A stretch of DNA of 64,000 bases, taken from assembly GCA_041640595.1 (NCBI GenBank), contig JBEPZY010000005.1:1-64000 (forward strand). The letters are read 5' to 3'. A model generated the notes under the pieces. It was not told the origin of the DNA. It did no database searches and was given only the letters and a program-made list of their open reading frames with translations. Below are positions 1 to 9,908 of the stretch, piece after piece. The DNA comes from Gemmatales bacterium. Its GTDB lineage: Bacteria; Planctomycetota; Planctomycetia; Gemmatales; HRBIN36. The position numbers and the translations under genes were made by a program. The number at the start of each line of letters is the position of its first letter. Position 1 is the first letter of the stretch.

Positions 1-315
1 CAGCCCGATCAAAGCCGTCACACCCAGCAACATGCCCACACCACCGAGCAGGTTCCACGCCTGACCGGCACAATACTGGCTCAATGATTCCTGATCCCAG
101 GGATGAAGTTGGCAGCTTTCCACGGCCTCGCTCAACCCGTGCAGCAACTGTCCGGCCAGAGACGGGGCAAGATAGACCAGCACCAGCACGCCAGCCAGAA
201 GCAGGACCGCCGCTGTCAGTTCCTGGCTGACAGCAACCTGGCCTTCTTCGCGCGCCCGCTGGCGGCGACGTTCAGTTGGTGGTTCCGTCCGCGAATCGAG
301 CCATTCATCGGCCAT
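1..315 (-). CDS. flhB: Flagellar export protein FlhB, N-terminal part (runs off the window start)
   Basis: Manual translation from ATG 315: MADEWLDSRTEPPTERRRQRAREEGQVAVSQELTAAVLLL matches the FlhB N-terminal motif (KTE.PT..R...AR..GQV..S.EL); overlaps the fliR stop; frame open to base 1. Confidence 0.85.
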   Translation of the reverse strand, partial: MADEWLDSRTEPPTERRRQRAREEGQVAVSQELTAAVLLLAGVLVLVYLAPSLAGQLLHGLSEAVESCQLHPWDQESLSQYCAGQAWNLLGGVGMLLGVTALIGL

Positions 316-1066
316 AATGCGCCAGCCATCTGCTGGTGTTTTGCAGCATCTGCACCAGGCCCGCTACCAGCACCGGCCAGAACACGTACAGCCCAACCAG
401 TCCGCCCAACACCCGCACGACAAATCCCAGCGAAAACAGGTTCAATGTCGGAGCCGCCCGGGCCAGCAAACCCAGACCTATTCCCAGCAAAAACAAACAG
501 GCCGTGATCGGTAACGCCAGTTGCAGGCCACTGTGCAACACCAGCCGAGTAGCAGTTTGCCAGTCCGTTCCCGGCCAGAAGGAAAGCTCACCGATCGGCC
601 AGCTGGCCCACGCGGCGTGGATCATCGCCAGCAAAACATGGTGCCCATCCATCCCGAAAAACAACACCAGTGCCGCCAGTTCCAGGGCCTGGCCCAGCAA
701 CGAAGCAGGCGTATCGCTGGCCGGCTGGCTTACCGATGCAAACCCCAGCATCATTTCCTGCGCAATAAATTCACCGGCGATCCGGGCAGGAACCAGCACT
801 AACCGCATCGCCAGCGCCAGCCCTAATCCGACCAGCGTTTCGCGCCCCACCAGAAGCAGCCATAAACCGAAACTCGTTGCTGCTTGCTGTATCAGTTCCC
901 CGCCGCGTGGATCGACCGGGAAATCCCACCAGAGCACTGCCAGGCAAAGTGCTACCGCTACACGCAACGATCGCGGCAATTGCGAACCTCCGAAAAACGG
1001 AGTCAGCCCGACGATCACCGCCAGCCGGCTCAGCCGCAGACTCAACTGCACCACCAGCGCTTCCAT
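305..1066 (-). CDS. fliR: Flagellar export protein FliR
   Basis: 253 aa hydrophobic protein with PFFGG, E...G, AGEFIAQEMMLGF, DGHH and ARAAPTLNLFSLGF motifs; lies between fliQ and flhB. Confidence 0.9.
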   Translation of the reverse strand: MEALVVQLSLRLSRLAVIVGLTPFFGGSQLPRSLRVAVALCLAVLWWDFPVDPRGGELIQQAATSFGLWLLLVGRETLVGLGLALAMRLVLVPARIAGEFIAQEMMLGFASVSQPASDTPASLLGQALELAALVLFFGMDGHHVLLAMIHAAWASWPIGELSFWPGTDWQTATRLVLHSGLQLALPITACLFLLGIGLGLLARAAPTLNLFSLGFVVRVLGGLVGLYVFWPVLVAGLVQMLQNTSRWLAHYGR

Positions 1067-1096
1067 GCGGCCAGACTCCCAGGACCTCCTTCGGTA

Positions 1097-1366
1097 TCAG
1101 CGTACCACCTGGGCGAGTTGTGCAAGCATTCGCTCGGTGAAATGCCCGGCCAGCTGCATAGCCCACGGCATGGTCCAAATCAGCACCAGAGCAACCACCA
1201 GAAGTTTCGGCACAAGCGACAGCGTCTGATCCTGTAAAGCGGTCATCGCCTGCAACAGACTCACCACCAGCCCCACCAGCAGCGAGGCGGCCAGGGCTGG
1301 CCCCGATAGCAACAGGGCCGTCCATAGTAAATCCCGTCCCCATTCCAGTACCTGTACGGCGTCCAT
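1097..1366 (-). CDS. fliQ: Flagellar export protein FliQ
   Basis: 89 aa; LVGLVVSLLQAMTALQDQTLSLVPKL signature. Confidence 0.93.
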   Translation of the reverse strand: MDAVQVLEWGRDLLWTALLLSGPALAASLLVGLVVSLLQAMTALQDQTLSLVPKLLVVALVLIWTMPWAMQLAGHFTERMLAQLAQVVR

Positions 1367-1462
1367 AGCTCAGTCCGTTGGGCAAAGCGTTGCCGGCCGG
1401 GTTTCTGTCTGGCTCCGCGAGATGGCAGACCAAAGCCTGCCCGGGCTGGTGTCCCTGTTTGC

Positions 1463-2143
1463 TTAGCCGAAGCTCAGGCTCAATGCCCGAGCTACCAGTT
1501 GCCAGCCATCCGCCAGCACAAAAAGCAGCAGCTTGAACGGTGCGGAAATGATCACCGGCGGCATCATGACCATCCCCATGCCGGTCAACACGCTGGCCAC
1601 CACCAGGTCCACCAGCAGGAATGGTAAATAAATCAGAAATCCCATTCCGAATGCCGTCTTCAATTCGCTGATCACGAAAGCCGGTATCAGCACGCGAAAC
1701 GGTGTATCTTTCGGCTCCTGCGGATCAGGCAGACCCGCCAGGTGCAGGAATAGCGCCAGGTCCTGCCGACGGGTTTGCCGCAACAAAAATTCCCGCAAAA
1801 TAGCAGCAGCTTTTTGCCCAGCCGTCAGCCCATCCAGTTCGTTTGCCAGATATGGTCGGATTGCCTCGGTCTCCATCCTGTCCCAGACCGGAGCCATCAC
1901 GTACAGCGTCAGAAACAAAGCCAGTCCGATGAGCACGATATTGGGCGGAATGTCCTGAGCGGTTACGGCTCGCCGCACGAAAGCCAGCACGATTATGATC
2001 CGCGTAAACGCCGTCGTGCACACCAGCGCTGCCGGTACCAGCGTCAATGCACCGAGGAATAAAGCCACCTGGACCGGTGTCGGCAGAGCTTGCCAGAGCC
2101 CGCTCTGTTCCACCTGCTGCCACCATTCCAGCCCCGGCTCCAT
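1463..2143 (-). CDS. fliP: Flagellar export pore protein FliP
   Basis: TAFTRIIIVL, PPNIVLIGLALFLT, LIPAFVISELKTAF, GMGMVMMPP and PFKLLLFVLADGW motifs. Confidence 0.95.
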   Translation of the reverse strand: MEPGLEWWQQVEQSGLWQALPTPVQVALFLGALTLVPAALVCTTAFTRIIIVLAFVRRAVTAQDIPPNIVLIGLALFLTLYVMAPVWDRMETEAIRPYLANELDGLTAGQKAAAILREFLLRQTRRQDLALFLHLAGLPDPQEPKDTPFRVLIPAFVISELKTAFGMGFLIYLPFLLVDLVVASVLTGMGMVMMPPVIISAPFKLLLFVLADGWQLVARALSLSFG

Positions 2144-2225
2144 ATTGTGCGTCTCCTTTCACAAACCACCGGGCGAAAATCTTCGGTAAAGCCCATCGGC
2201 GAGGACGGCACATCGGCATGTCCGC

Positions 2226-2858
2226 TTACTGGTCGCCTTCCCCGACCATAGCTGCGATGGCCGCCTTGCGACCTGGCCGGGAATTGTTTTCAGCGGTCGC
2301 ATCAACCGATTCGTCGAGCCAGTCGGCGAAACGCATCGGTAAAAGGACCAGGCCGCTGATGCCGCGATTATCCACCGCCACCAGCACCTGTTCTCGTCCG
2401 ATCTGCACCAGCAGCAACCGATTCCGCGAGCCGAGCGCCAGTTCGCCCAGGATTTGCCAGGACACGTTTGCATGTCCGGCCAGGGTGCGATTTGTCCAGA
2501 CCCAACGCATCAAGACCAGAAAAATCACCAGCAGCACCAGCACCACCGCCGTTGCCAGTGCCACACGCCCCAGCGGTGCATATACCTCGGTAGCATCCGG
2601 CCAGGGAGACGGCATGGAAAACGGAGCGTCGTTTTGCCCGCGCACGGCTGGCGCCGACTCGGCTGGAGTGGGTTCACTTCCTGGTCGTGCCGGTTTTTCC
2701 TCTGCCCTGGCTGCCGGTGCTGCCGCAGAGGTTTCACCCGACGATAACCGACTGGGCAACCAGTACCCGGCCAGCACAGCCGATACGCCGACTAATCCCA
2801 AAAGCCACAGATTTCCCGACCAGCGACGACCAGCAGTCACCCCTGGCGGTGCCGACAT
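2226..2858 (-). CDS. fliO: FliO-family flagellar biosynthesis protein with N-terminal TM and Pro/Ala-rich linker
   Basis: TM segment followed by ELALGSRNRLLLVQIGREQVLVAV (FliO beta region); directly upstream of fliP. Confidence 0.75.
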   Translation of the reverse strand: MSAPPGVTAGRRWSGNLWLLGLVGVSAVLAGYWLPSRLSSGETSAAAPAARAEEKPARPGSEPTPAESAPAVRGQNDAPFSMPSPWPDATEVYAPLGRVALATAVVLVLLVIFLVLMRWVWTNRTLAGHANVSWQILGELALGSRNRLLLVQIGREQVLVAVDNRGISGLVLLPMRFADWLDESVDATAENNSRPGRKAAIAAMVGEGDQ

Positions 2859-3107
2859 GCTCCGCTCCCCAGTCTGGCAGGTTCCTTCCTGACGCTAACC
2901 ATCGGCGCAATCGCGGTAAAACTTGAGGGATTTGCTGAGCGTACCGCGCAGGCCGACCGTAACGCCTCCGGACGAAATATCGCCGGACCCATCGCAAAGA
3001 AATTCGCTGACCGTATCGTGCGGGGTACTGGGGCGGGTTGCTTGCCGGTTGTTGCGGGCGGGGCTAGTTTAGCGGTGACCGACGCTGCCGCACCGGAGGC
3101 TCAAACC

Positions 3108-3908
3108 ATGACCGATTTTCGGCTGACACCACAACAGCTCGCCCAGTATCAGCAGGACGGATTTATCATAGTGCCGCAGCTTTTCGAGCCGGAGGAGATC
3201 GACCTGCTTCGCCAGGTAGCCGAGGCGGATCACGCACTGGCCGAACTGGCGGCCACACGCAAAGACGGACACGGTGGCGCTATTCGCCTGCGCGTGGAAA
3301 ACGAACTCGGCGACGACATCTACAGCGCTTTCGTCCGCTGTCATCGCATTGTCAATGTAATGGAACAAATACTCGGTGGTGAGGTCTATCACTACCACCA
3401 CAAGATGATTCTCAAGGAAGCCCATACGGGCGGGGCATGGGAATGGCACCAGGATTACGGCTACTGGTATCAGTTTGGCTGTCTGTATCCGCTCCTGGCC
3501 AGTTGCATGATTGCCGTGGACCGTGCGACGCGTGAAAACGGTTGCCTGCAGGTTTTGCGGGGTTCTCATCACATTGGCCGCATTGACCACATCCGTATCG
3601 GCGATCAGTGGGGCGCGGATCCGGAACGTGTCGAGGTGGCCAAGCAGCGCCACGAACTGGTCTATTGCGAACTGGAACCGGGCTCGGCCATCTTTTTCCA
3701 CTGCAATCTCCTTCACTGTTCCGAGCCGAACACCAGTCCCTATCGTCGCTGGGCTTTCATTTGCTGTTACAATGCCGCCCGCAACGATCCGTACAAAGAA
3801 TCGCGGCATCCGCGCTACAGCTATCTGGAAAAATGGCCGGATGGCCGCATCCGCGAGATTGGCCGTCGGCAACTGGCCCAACTGCGACCGCAACTGACGC
3901 AAACGTAA
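3108..3908 (+). CDS. Phytanoyl-CoA dioxygenase (PhyH)-family Fe(II)/2-oxoglutarate dioxygenase
   Basis: WHQDYGYW (HxD), ENGCLQV, distal HCNLLH and R; ATG 3108 with GGAGG RBS at 3095-3099. Confidence 0.88.
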   Translation: MTDFRLTPQQLAQYQQDGFIIVPQLFEPEEIDLLRQVAEADHALAELAATRKDGHGGAIRLRVENELGDDIYSAFVRCHRIVNVMEQILGGEVYHYHHKMILKEAHTGGAWEWHQDYGYWYQFGCLYPLLASCMIAVDRATRENGCLQVLRGSHHIGRIDHIRIGDQWGADPERVEVAKQRHELVYCELEPGSAIFFHCNLLHCSEPNTSPYRRWAFICCYNAARNDPYKESRHPRYSYLEKWPDGRIREIGRRQLAQLRPQLTQT

Positions 3909-4023
3909 ACGGGTGGACCAGTGGGTGTGAGCCTGCCGTAGTTCTGGAACCGTATTTGCAACGGCGCACGCATATTGGTCCGAAGAACTTTCGCCAAACG
4001 TTTAGAGGGTGTCATCGTGTGCG

Positions 4024-4984
4024 ACCAGGAGCGGCGGGCGTGAGCCAGCTGTGGTGCCGGGACGCGAATGTGCGGGGCGAAGCGTAATCAGTCCGCAAAA
4101 ACCGATCGCCGATGCAAGCGCGAATGCGACCCACAGCGGGCTCACGCCCGCCGCTCTTGATTCGGTAGTCGGTGTTCGCCGAACATCGTTCGCTGCGCCG
4201 TGCGAGCGCGATCAGTTACCGACCCACTTGTATGTCCGCCAGTCGCCGAACATTGTCCAATTTTTACGGCACAGCGTTCGTATCGCACACCACGGCGGGC
4301 TGACGCCCGCCGCTCTTGGGAACGTGCGTTTGTACAGCGCGAATATCGTTTTTCACAGCGAACGGACGCCGTGCACTAGGAGCGGCTGGCGTAAGCCAGC
4401 CGTGGTACGCGAATGCACTCCGTCGGCGAAAGACGCTTGCATGTGGAGGTGCGTCACCGACGCACGGCGGGCTGACACCCGCCGCTCTTGATTCGGCAGT
4501 CGGTGTTCGCCGAACATTGTTCGCTGCGCCGTGCAAGCGCGACCGGTTACCGACCCACGGCGGGCTGACGTTCGCCGCTCTTGGAGACGTGCGTTTGTAC
4601 AGCGGGAATATCGTTTTTCACAGGGAACGAACGTCGTGCGACCAGGAGCGGCTGGCGTGAGCCAGCCGTGGTGCTAGGAGGCGAATGTGCGGGGCGAAAC
4701 GTAATCAGTCCGCAAAAACCGATTGCCGATGCAAGCGCGAATGCGACCCACAGCGGGCTGACACCCGCCGCTCTTGGAAACGTGCGTTTGTACAGCGGGA
4801 ATGTCGTTTTTCACAGCGAACGGACGACGTGCACCAGGAGCGGCTGGCGTAAGCCAGCCGTGGTGCATTTACCGCTAATGCAGATGCAGTACGTCCATTA
4901 ATCGGTGGGTCATCCGCGAGAATGAACCTTCGCTAGCGGTGATTCGGTTGTTGTACCACGGCGGGCTGACACCCGCCGCTCTTG
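4024..4984. repeat. REP/REPIN (BIME-like) array: 10 palindromic ~30 bp units in mixed orientation with duplicated spacers
   Basis: Units of type CCAGGAG-CGGC(G/T)GGC-GTNA-GCC(C/A)GCCG-TGG or its reverse complement at about 4024, 4131, 4290, 4375, 4463, 4555, 4641, 4748, 4833 and 4956; between convergent genes. Confidence 0.85.
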
Positions 4985-5013
4985 TCTCCGCGCGATGTCA
5001 GGCTTGGCTGCCG

Positions 5014-5892
5014 TTACGGAATGATCTTGTTCAGGGGATATTCGACGATGCCGCAACCCCCGGATTCCTTGAGTTTGGGCACCAGGGTTCGCACCAGGCT
5101 TTCGTCAATGATGGTGTTGACCGCATACCAGTCGGGATCAGATAGGGAAGAAACGGTCGGCTTCTGCAGGGCAGGGAGCAAGGCGAGCACGGCCTGGAGG
5201 TGATTCTTGTGAACATTGAGCATGAGTCCGACTTTCCCCTCGGCCTGCATAGCTCCTTTGAGCATGAGCAGGATGTCTTCCATTTTGCGACGTTTCCAGG
5301 GATCCCTGGCCGCTTCCGGATTGGCGATGAAGCGGGTGGTGCTCTGCAGAACCTCGGCGACGATACGTAAATTGTTGGCGCGGAGGGAACTGCCGGTCTC
5401 GGTCACTTCGACAATGGCATCGGCCAGACGGGGCGGCTTGACCTCGGTGGCACCCCAGCTGAATTCGACGATGGCTTCCACACCATGCTGCGCCAGCCAG
5501 CGGCGGGTCAAATTCACCACCTCCGTAGCGATACGCTTGCCCTGGAGGTCTTTGACCGACTGAATCGGCGAATCGTTGGGCACCGCCAGCACCCAGCGGA
5601 CAGGCCGACGACTGATTTTGCTATACACAAGCTCGGCTAACTCCACGACTTTCGCGTCCTGCTCGACAATCCAGTCGTAACCGGTCAAGCCGCAATCCAG
5701 CACGCCGTCCTGCACGTAGCGAGCCATTTCCTGGGCACGCAGCAACGTGCACTGAATCTCCGGATCGTCTATGCTGGGATAATAACTGCGGCTGGCGAAG
5801 GTAATGTTGTAGCCGGCCTTGCGGAAAAGCTCAGCCGTCGCTTCCTGTAAGCTGCCTGCTGGCAATCCCAGTTTGAGAATGCGTTCGGTCAT
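5014..5892 (-). CDS. hisG: ATP phosphoribosyltransferase, long form
   Basis: [43 protein letters not shown] plus C-terminal regulatory domain; ATG 5892 chosen. Confidence 0.95.
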   Translation of the reverse strand: MTERILKLGLPAGSLQEATAELFRKAGYNITFASRSYYPSIDDPEIQCTLLRAQEMARYVQDGVLDCGLTGYDWIVEQDAKVVELAELVYSKISRRPVRWVLAVPNDSPIQSVKDLQGKRIATEVVNLTRRWLAQHGVEAIVEFSWGATEVKPPRLADAIVEVTETGSSLRANNLRIVAEVLQSTTRFIANPEAARDPWKRRKMEDILLMLKGAMQAEGKVGLMLNVHKNHLQAVLALLPALQKPTVSSLSDPDWYAVNTIIDESLVRTLVPKLKESGGCGIVEYPLNKIIP

Positions 5893-6227
5893 AGTTACTC
5901 CGTCTCGGTTCGTGGTTTTGTTACCAGGAGCGAATGCCAGCCGGCGGAGAAATGGATTACCGGCTTGGCTGTAAATCAGCCTGGGACGTTTCCGGGCAGT
6001 TGAGCAAATCGCGGCTCGCCCTCGCTTGCCGATGGCCATCTGCACCGGCGAAGCGGTCGTTGCCGCTCGACCGATCAGCTATCATTGTAGCAGCGGAAGC
6101 ACACGGTCAGGATCGGGCTTTAAGCCTGACGGCAGACGGCCCGGCAGCGAAAACGATCACTCCGGCGAGAATGCGGTCAGGCGGTGATACTGAACCTTTT
6201 CCGTAAACCGCAACGGTAGGTGCCAGG

Positions 6228-7004
6228 ATGTCCAGACCGACTGCGGTAGCGCTGGTAACAGGCAGTGGGCGCAAACGGCTCGGCTGGGAAGTGGCCCGTG
6301 CCCTGGCCGAGCGTGGTTATGCTCTTGCCGTGCATTACCATCGCTCCGCCGAATCGGCCCGGGAAAATGTGGATTGGTTACGGCAGCGGGGCTACCGCGC
6401 CGAACTCTTCCAGGCAGACCTCCGCGAAGAAGAATCGGTTCGGACTCTGGTGGCCAGCGTGGTGCAAACGTTCGGTCGGCTCGATGTTCTGGTGAATGCC
6501 GCCGCCATCTGGGAAAGCCAGTCCCTGGAACAAACCACCGCAGCGGACCTGCGGCGACACTGGGAAACCAATGTGCTGGGCAGCTTTCTTTGTGCTCAGC
6601 AAGCTGGGCTGGTGATGGTGCAGCAAAACGAAGGGGGCTGCATTATCAATTTTGGTGATTGGGCCGCGGTGCGTCCTTATCGCGATTATGCAGCCTATTT
6701 CGTTTCCAAAGGAGCCATCCCGACCATGACGCGCGTGCTGGCAGTGGAGCTGGCACTGCGCAATCCACGGGTGCGGGTCAACGCGATTCTCCCCGGGCCG
6801 GTCATGGTTCCCGAAACTCTCACTCCCGAGGAACAGGCAGCCATTGCCCGGGCCACGCTGGTTCGCCGGCTCGGTGAACCACGCCATGTCGTTCAGGCCG
6901 TCCTCTTCTTTCTCGAAAACGATTTTCTGACGGGCGTTTGCCTGCGCGTGGATGGCGGACGCACCATTTTTGCTCCTGGGGAACAGGATATGCCGGAGGC
7001 ATGA
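6228..7004 (+). CDS. Short-chain dehydrogenase, pteridine reductase/FolM-like
   Basis: TGSGRKRLG, AVHYHRS, VNAA, YFVSK (YxxxK), VNAILPG, VDGG. Confidence 0.8.
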   Translation: MSRPTAVALVTGSGRKRLGWEVARALAERGYALAVHYHRSAESARENVDWLRQRGYRAELFQADLREEESVRTLVASVVQTFGRLDVLVNAAAIWESQSLEQTTAADLRRHWETNVLGSFLCAQQAGLVMVQQNEGGCIINFGDWAAVRPYRDYAAYFVSKGAIPTMTRVLAVELALRNPRVRVNAILPGPVMVPETLTPEEQAAIARATLVRRLGEPRHVVQAVLFFLENDFLTGVCLRVDGGRTIFAPGEQDMPEA

Positions 7005-7007
7005 GCA

Positions 7008-7649
7008 TTGGGGTTAAGGGTAAAATCGTCCGCTGCTCCAGGCCGCCAGCCACCACCGGCTGGTAACGGAAAAACCAGCCGCCAGTGGGGCCTTGTGCGC
7101 TGGGTGGCGGTGGTGCTGTGGCTGGTAGTGATCGTGATGATGACGCATACGCCGCCTGATTCGCCGCTGATGCGTCGGCTTCCGTATTACGCATACGGCG
7201 ACAAGCTGGTGCATACGGGGCTGTATGGGTTGCTGGGCTGGCTGCTGTGGTACAGAAGGCAAGCACGGGGCTGGGAATTCCTGCTCGGTTTGCTGCTGGC
7301 CGCCGGCGATGAACTGACGCAGCCGTGGGTCGGTCGCCTGGCCGAGCTGGGCGACTGGCTCGCCGATGCGTTTGGACTGACCGCAGGCCTCGGACTTGCT
7401 TCGCTCCAGTTTCGCTGGCGACAGCATGTAGAAGAGTTGCGTTTCCCACCGTGCGGGAACGATGTCCGGGACACAGCCTCTGCTGGTGATCAGGGGGCGG
7501 GTGCGATTGGCTGTATCGGTGAGCGATCGGAGCAAAGCCGGCATGGCGGCAATCACACCAGCAGGCGCGAGATTGGCTGTGTGGGTGAGCAATTGGAGGG
7601 TAAGGATTTGCAGGGGAAGGACTGGCCCGGCCGGAGAGGATCACCATGA
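7008..7649 (+). CDS. VanZ-like membrane protein (start and C-terminal tail uncertain)
   Basis: DKLVH..LYGLL, DELTQPWVGR and DWLAD..G motifs typical of VanZ-like proteins. Confidence 0.75.
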   Translation: MGLRVKSSAAPGRQPPPAGNGKTSRQWGLVRWVAVVLWLVVIVMMTHTPPDSPLMRRLPYYAYGDKLVHTGLYGLLGWLLWYRRQARGWEFLLGLLLAAGDELTQPWVGRLAELGDWLADAFGLTAGLGLASLQFRWRQHVEELRFPPCGNDVRDTASAGDQGAGAIGCIGERSEQSRHGGNHTSRREIGCVGEQLEGKDLQGKDWPGRRGSP

Positions 7650-8419
7650 CCGCCGCGGATTTGAATCGTGTTCGACAATGGCTGAAGGAAGCTCGCTTTG
7701 TTGTCGTGCTGACCGGTGCCGGTGTGTCTGCGGAAAGCGGTGTGCCGACTTATCGCGGGGCCGGAGGATTCTGGCAGGGAAGCGATTTTCGAGAACTGGC
7801 TTCGCTGGAAGGATTTCAACGCGACCCGAAAAAGGTCTGGGCCTGGTACAACGAACGGCGTCGGCAACTCAAGCAGGTCCGCCCGAATCCAGGGCATTAT
7901 GCCCTGGCTGAACTGGAAAGGCGTCTTGGTGGGTTTGCTCTGATCACGCAGAACGTGGATCGCTTGCACCAGGCCGCTGGCAGTCGCAATGTGGTCGAAT
8001 TGCACGGTAACATCTGGGAGGTTCGCTGCACGAGATGTGGGCGTGTCGAAGACCGGACAGGTATCGAACTGCCGGCGGAACCGCATTGTAGCCAGTGCGG
8101 TGCCTGGCTGCGACCGAACGTCGTCTGGTTTGGCGAAATGTTACCGGAGCATGCCTGGCAACGCGCGGAAAGCTGGACACGGCAGGCTGACCTATTCATG
8201 GTGATCGGTACCAGTGCGGAAGTGTGGCCAGCGGCTGGGTTAATTCACCTGGCCAGGCAAAGCGGAGCACGCATCGTCGAAATCAACCCGCATGAGACCG
8301 CTGCCAGTTCGCTGGCCGATGTGATACTGCGAGGCAAATCCGGTGAAATCCTGCCGCAGTTGCTCGACGCACCGCAACCCGGTTCCTCGGCTTCACCGGA
8401 ACCAGCAGCGTCCGGGTAG
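7646..8419 (+). CDS. cobB: NAD-dependent protein deacylase (Sir2 family, class III-like)
   Basis: TGAGVSAESGVPTYR, WYxxRR, ITQNVDRLH, HG, two CxxC Zn pairs, RPNVVWFGE, GTS. Confidence 0.93.
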   Translation: MTAADLNRVRQWLKEARFVVVLTGAGVSAESGVPTYRGAGGFWQGSDFRELASLEGFQRDPKKVWAWYNERRRQLKQVRPNPGHYALAELERRLGGFALITQNVDRLHQAAGSRNVVELHGNIWEVRCTRCGRVEDRTGIELPAEPHCSQCGAWLRPNVVWFGEMLPEHAWQRAESWTRQADLFMVIGTSAEVWPAAGLIHLARQSGARIVEINPHETAASSLADVILRGKSGEILPQLLDAPQPGSSASPEPAASG

Positions 8420-8530
8420 CTTTCCTCGCCCTGGCCGTTATGATATGGTAAGGCAGAAAACCGGGCGTCCAGAACAGCACAGTGCGTCATAATCGCCAAC
8501 GGCGAATAAAGCGGTCGCTTAGGGAGAACT

Positions 8531-9178
8531 ATGGAAGCCAAGCAGCAAACATCGCCAGCTGGTTCGCCGTATCCCGATTTCCTGGCCGGGCTGCTGAGTT
8601 TTGCCGTGCCCGGATTAGGACAAATCTGGCAGGGCTGGCGCTGGCGTCGGTGGGGGCGGTTGATCAAAGGCGTGCTGCTGCTGTTGGTGCTGCACGGCAT
8701 GTTCTTTTACGGTCAGGCTCTGGGGCACTGGAAAAACGTTTTCCTGCCGCAATATCAGCAGACGCTCGAGGAAAAATTCCGCCTTTTCAACTTCCCCTTA
8801 CCGGATTGGCTGGCGAATGTCTGGTGGCGACCGGCGTATGCGGCCCAGTTCTGGATGGGGGTCAGTGCCTGGCCGGCTGTGTGGAATTACTGTTTCCCCG
8901 AAAGCCGCGTTTTCGCTCACTATCAACGTTCACCCGGAGCACTGCCGGGCAAGGCTACCCGCTGGGAGCGCGAGCAGCATATCAAAGAGTTTCACCGGGA
9001 GATCAACCAGTTGCAGTTACGCCCGGAGGTCGGGAAATACTGGGACGTTGGCCTGTTATACACCGTGCTGGCCGGCGTGCTCAATCTGCTGGTAATTTAC
9101 GAAGCCTACGCCGGGCCTTTCGACGGCAGCGCTCGACGATCTGCCGCGACGAACACTTCCAGTGATGGCGGAAACTAG
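8531..9178 (+). CDS. Planctomycete-type membrane protein (DUF6677-like)
   Basis: LAGLLSFAVPGLGQIWQG N-terminus and YTVLAGVLNLLVIYEAY C-terminal TM; GGGAG RBS. Confidence 0.6.
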   Translation: MEAKQQTSPAGSPYPDFLAGLLSFAVPGLGQIWQGWRWRRWGRLIKGVLLLLVLHGMFFYGQALGHWKNVFLPQYQQTLEEKFRLFNFPLPDWLANVWWRPAYAAQFWMGVSAWPAVWNYCFPESRVFAHYQRSPGALPGKATRWEREQHIKEFHREINQLQLRPEVGKYWDVGLLYTVLAGVLNLLVIYEAYAGPFDGSARRSAATNTSSDGGN

Positions 9179-9270
9179 GGTTGGGAATCGGGAATTCGGC
9201 ATGGGGATCGGAGATTGGGAATTACCACTGGGAACCGCGATGGGAAATCGGGTATTGGGGATCGAGATTG
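9177..9270. repeat. Degenerate heptamer tandem repeat (GGGAAT[C/T]-like)
   Basis: ttgggaatcgggaattcggcatggggatcggagattgggaatt ... gggaaatcgggtattggggatcgagattg. Confidence 0.6.
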
Positions 9271-9384
9271 ACGATGAGCGGAATGCGAGGCAGACCGGTG
9301 TTTGGTCGGTGCCCGTAATTTCTGGCCCTAAATTCTTGATTTTCGGTCTCTGAACGCGGAGGTACGGAATTCGAGGCAGGCATC

Positions 9385-9585
9385 ATGGCCAACGCGACCA
9401 TTTACTGGCATTTGCTGATCCTGTTAGTGCTGGTCAGCTGGGTCTATGCCGCGGTGCGCAGCGATGACTGGCGGGAAATCCTGTCGGGAACGCTGCGCTG
9501 GGCCATTTACATGGCGGTGATGTTTCTGGCGCCGGTTTTTCTAATTCTGTGGTTTCTCTCGGAAATAGCGCCGCACTGGTGGTAA
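9385..9585 (+). CDS. Small two-TM membrane protein
   Basis: 66 aa, two hydrophobic helices, ATG with GAGG upstream. Confidence 0.6.
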   Translation: MANATIYWHLLILLVLVSWVYAAVRSDDWREILSGTLRWAIYMAVMFLAPVFLILWFLSEIAPHWW

Positions 9586-9704
9586 AAGCAAGTTTTTGGG
9601 AAAAATTTTGCCAACCTTCGCGGCTTCTGGTGCGTATGATGGAAAGGAAGTTCCTGATTGGAGGCCGGAGACCCGTGGGTCGGACTACAGAGGAGGGGCA
9701 ACTG

Positions 9705-9902
9705 ATGGTAGCCAAGCGCCTCACCGTGGCCCAACGCAAGGAAATCTTCCGCGAACTGGTGGAAATTCAGGACTCTTTGCAGGATGTGCGCCGGTCGCGG
9801 CAGATTATTATGGAAAAACACCGCATCACCGATCACCAGCTGCGCAAGATCGAAGACGAGGGAATCCGCCGCCAGTGGCCGCCCCTCGATCAGGACAACT
9901 AA
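9705..9902 (+). CDS. Small hypothetical helical protein (65 aa)
   Basis: Strong AGGAGG RBS at 9691-9696; MVAKRLTVAQRKEIFRELVEIQD...IEDEGIRRQWPPL with host-like codon usage. Confidence 0.7.
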   Translation: MVAKRLTVAQRKEIFRELVEIQDSLQDVRRSRQIIMEKHRITDHQLRKIEDEGIRRQWPPLDQDN

Positions 9903-9908
9903 TCAACG

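Noticed and set aside
4009..4901. ORFs with repeated HGGLTPAAL / RSGWRKPAVV peptides
   Set aside because: Translations of REP DNA appearing in several frames and both strands; no RBS or family motif.
4024..4984. CRISPR array interpretation of the palindromic repeats (also 31683-32540)
   Set aside because: Units alternate in orientation, spacers are 55-130 bp and duplicated, and no cas genes are present.
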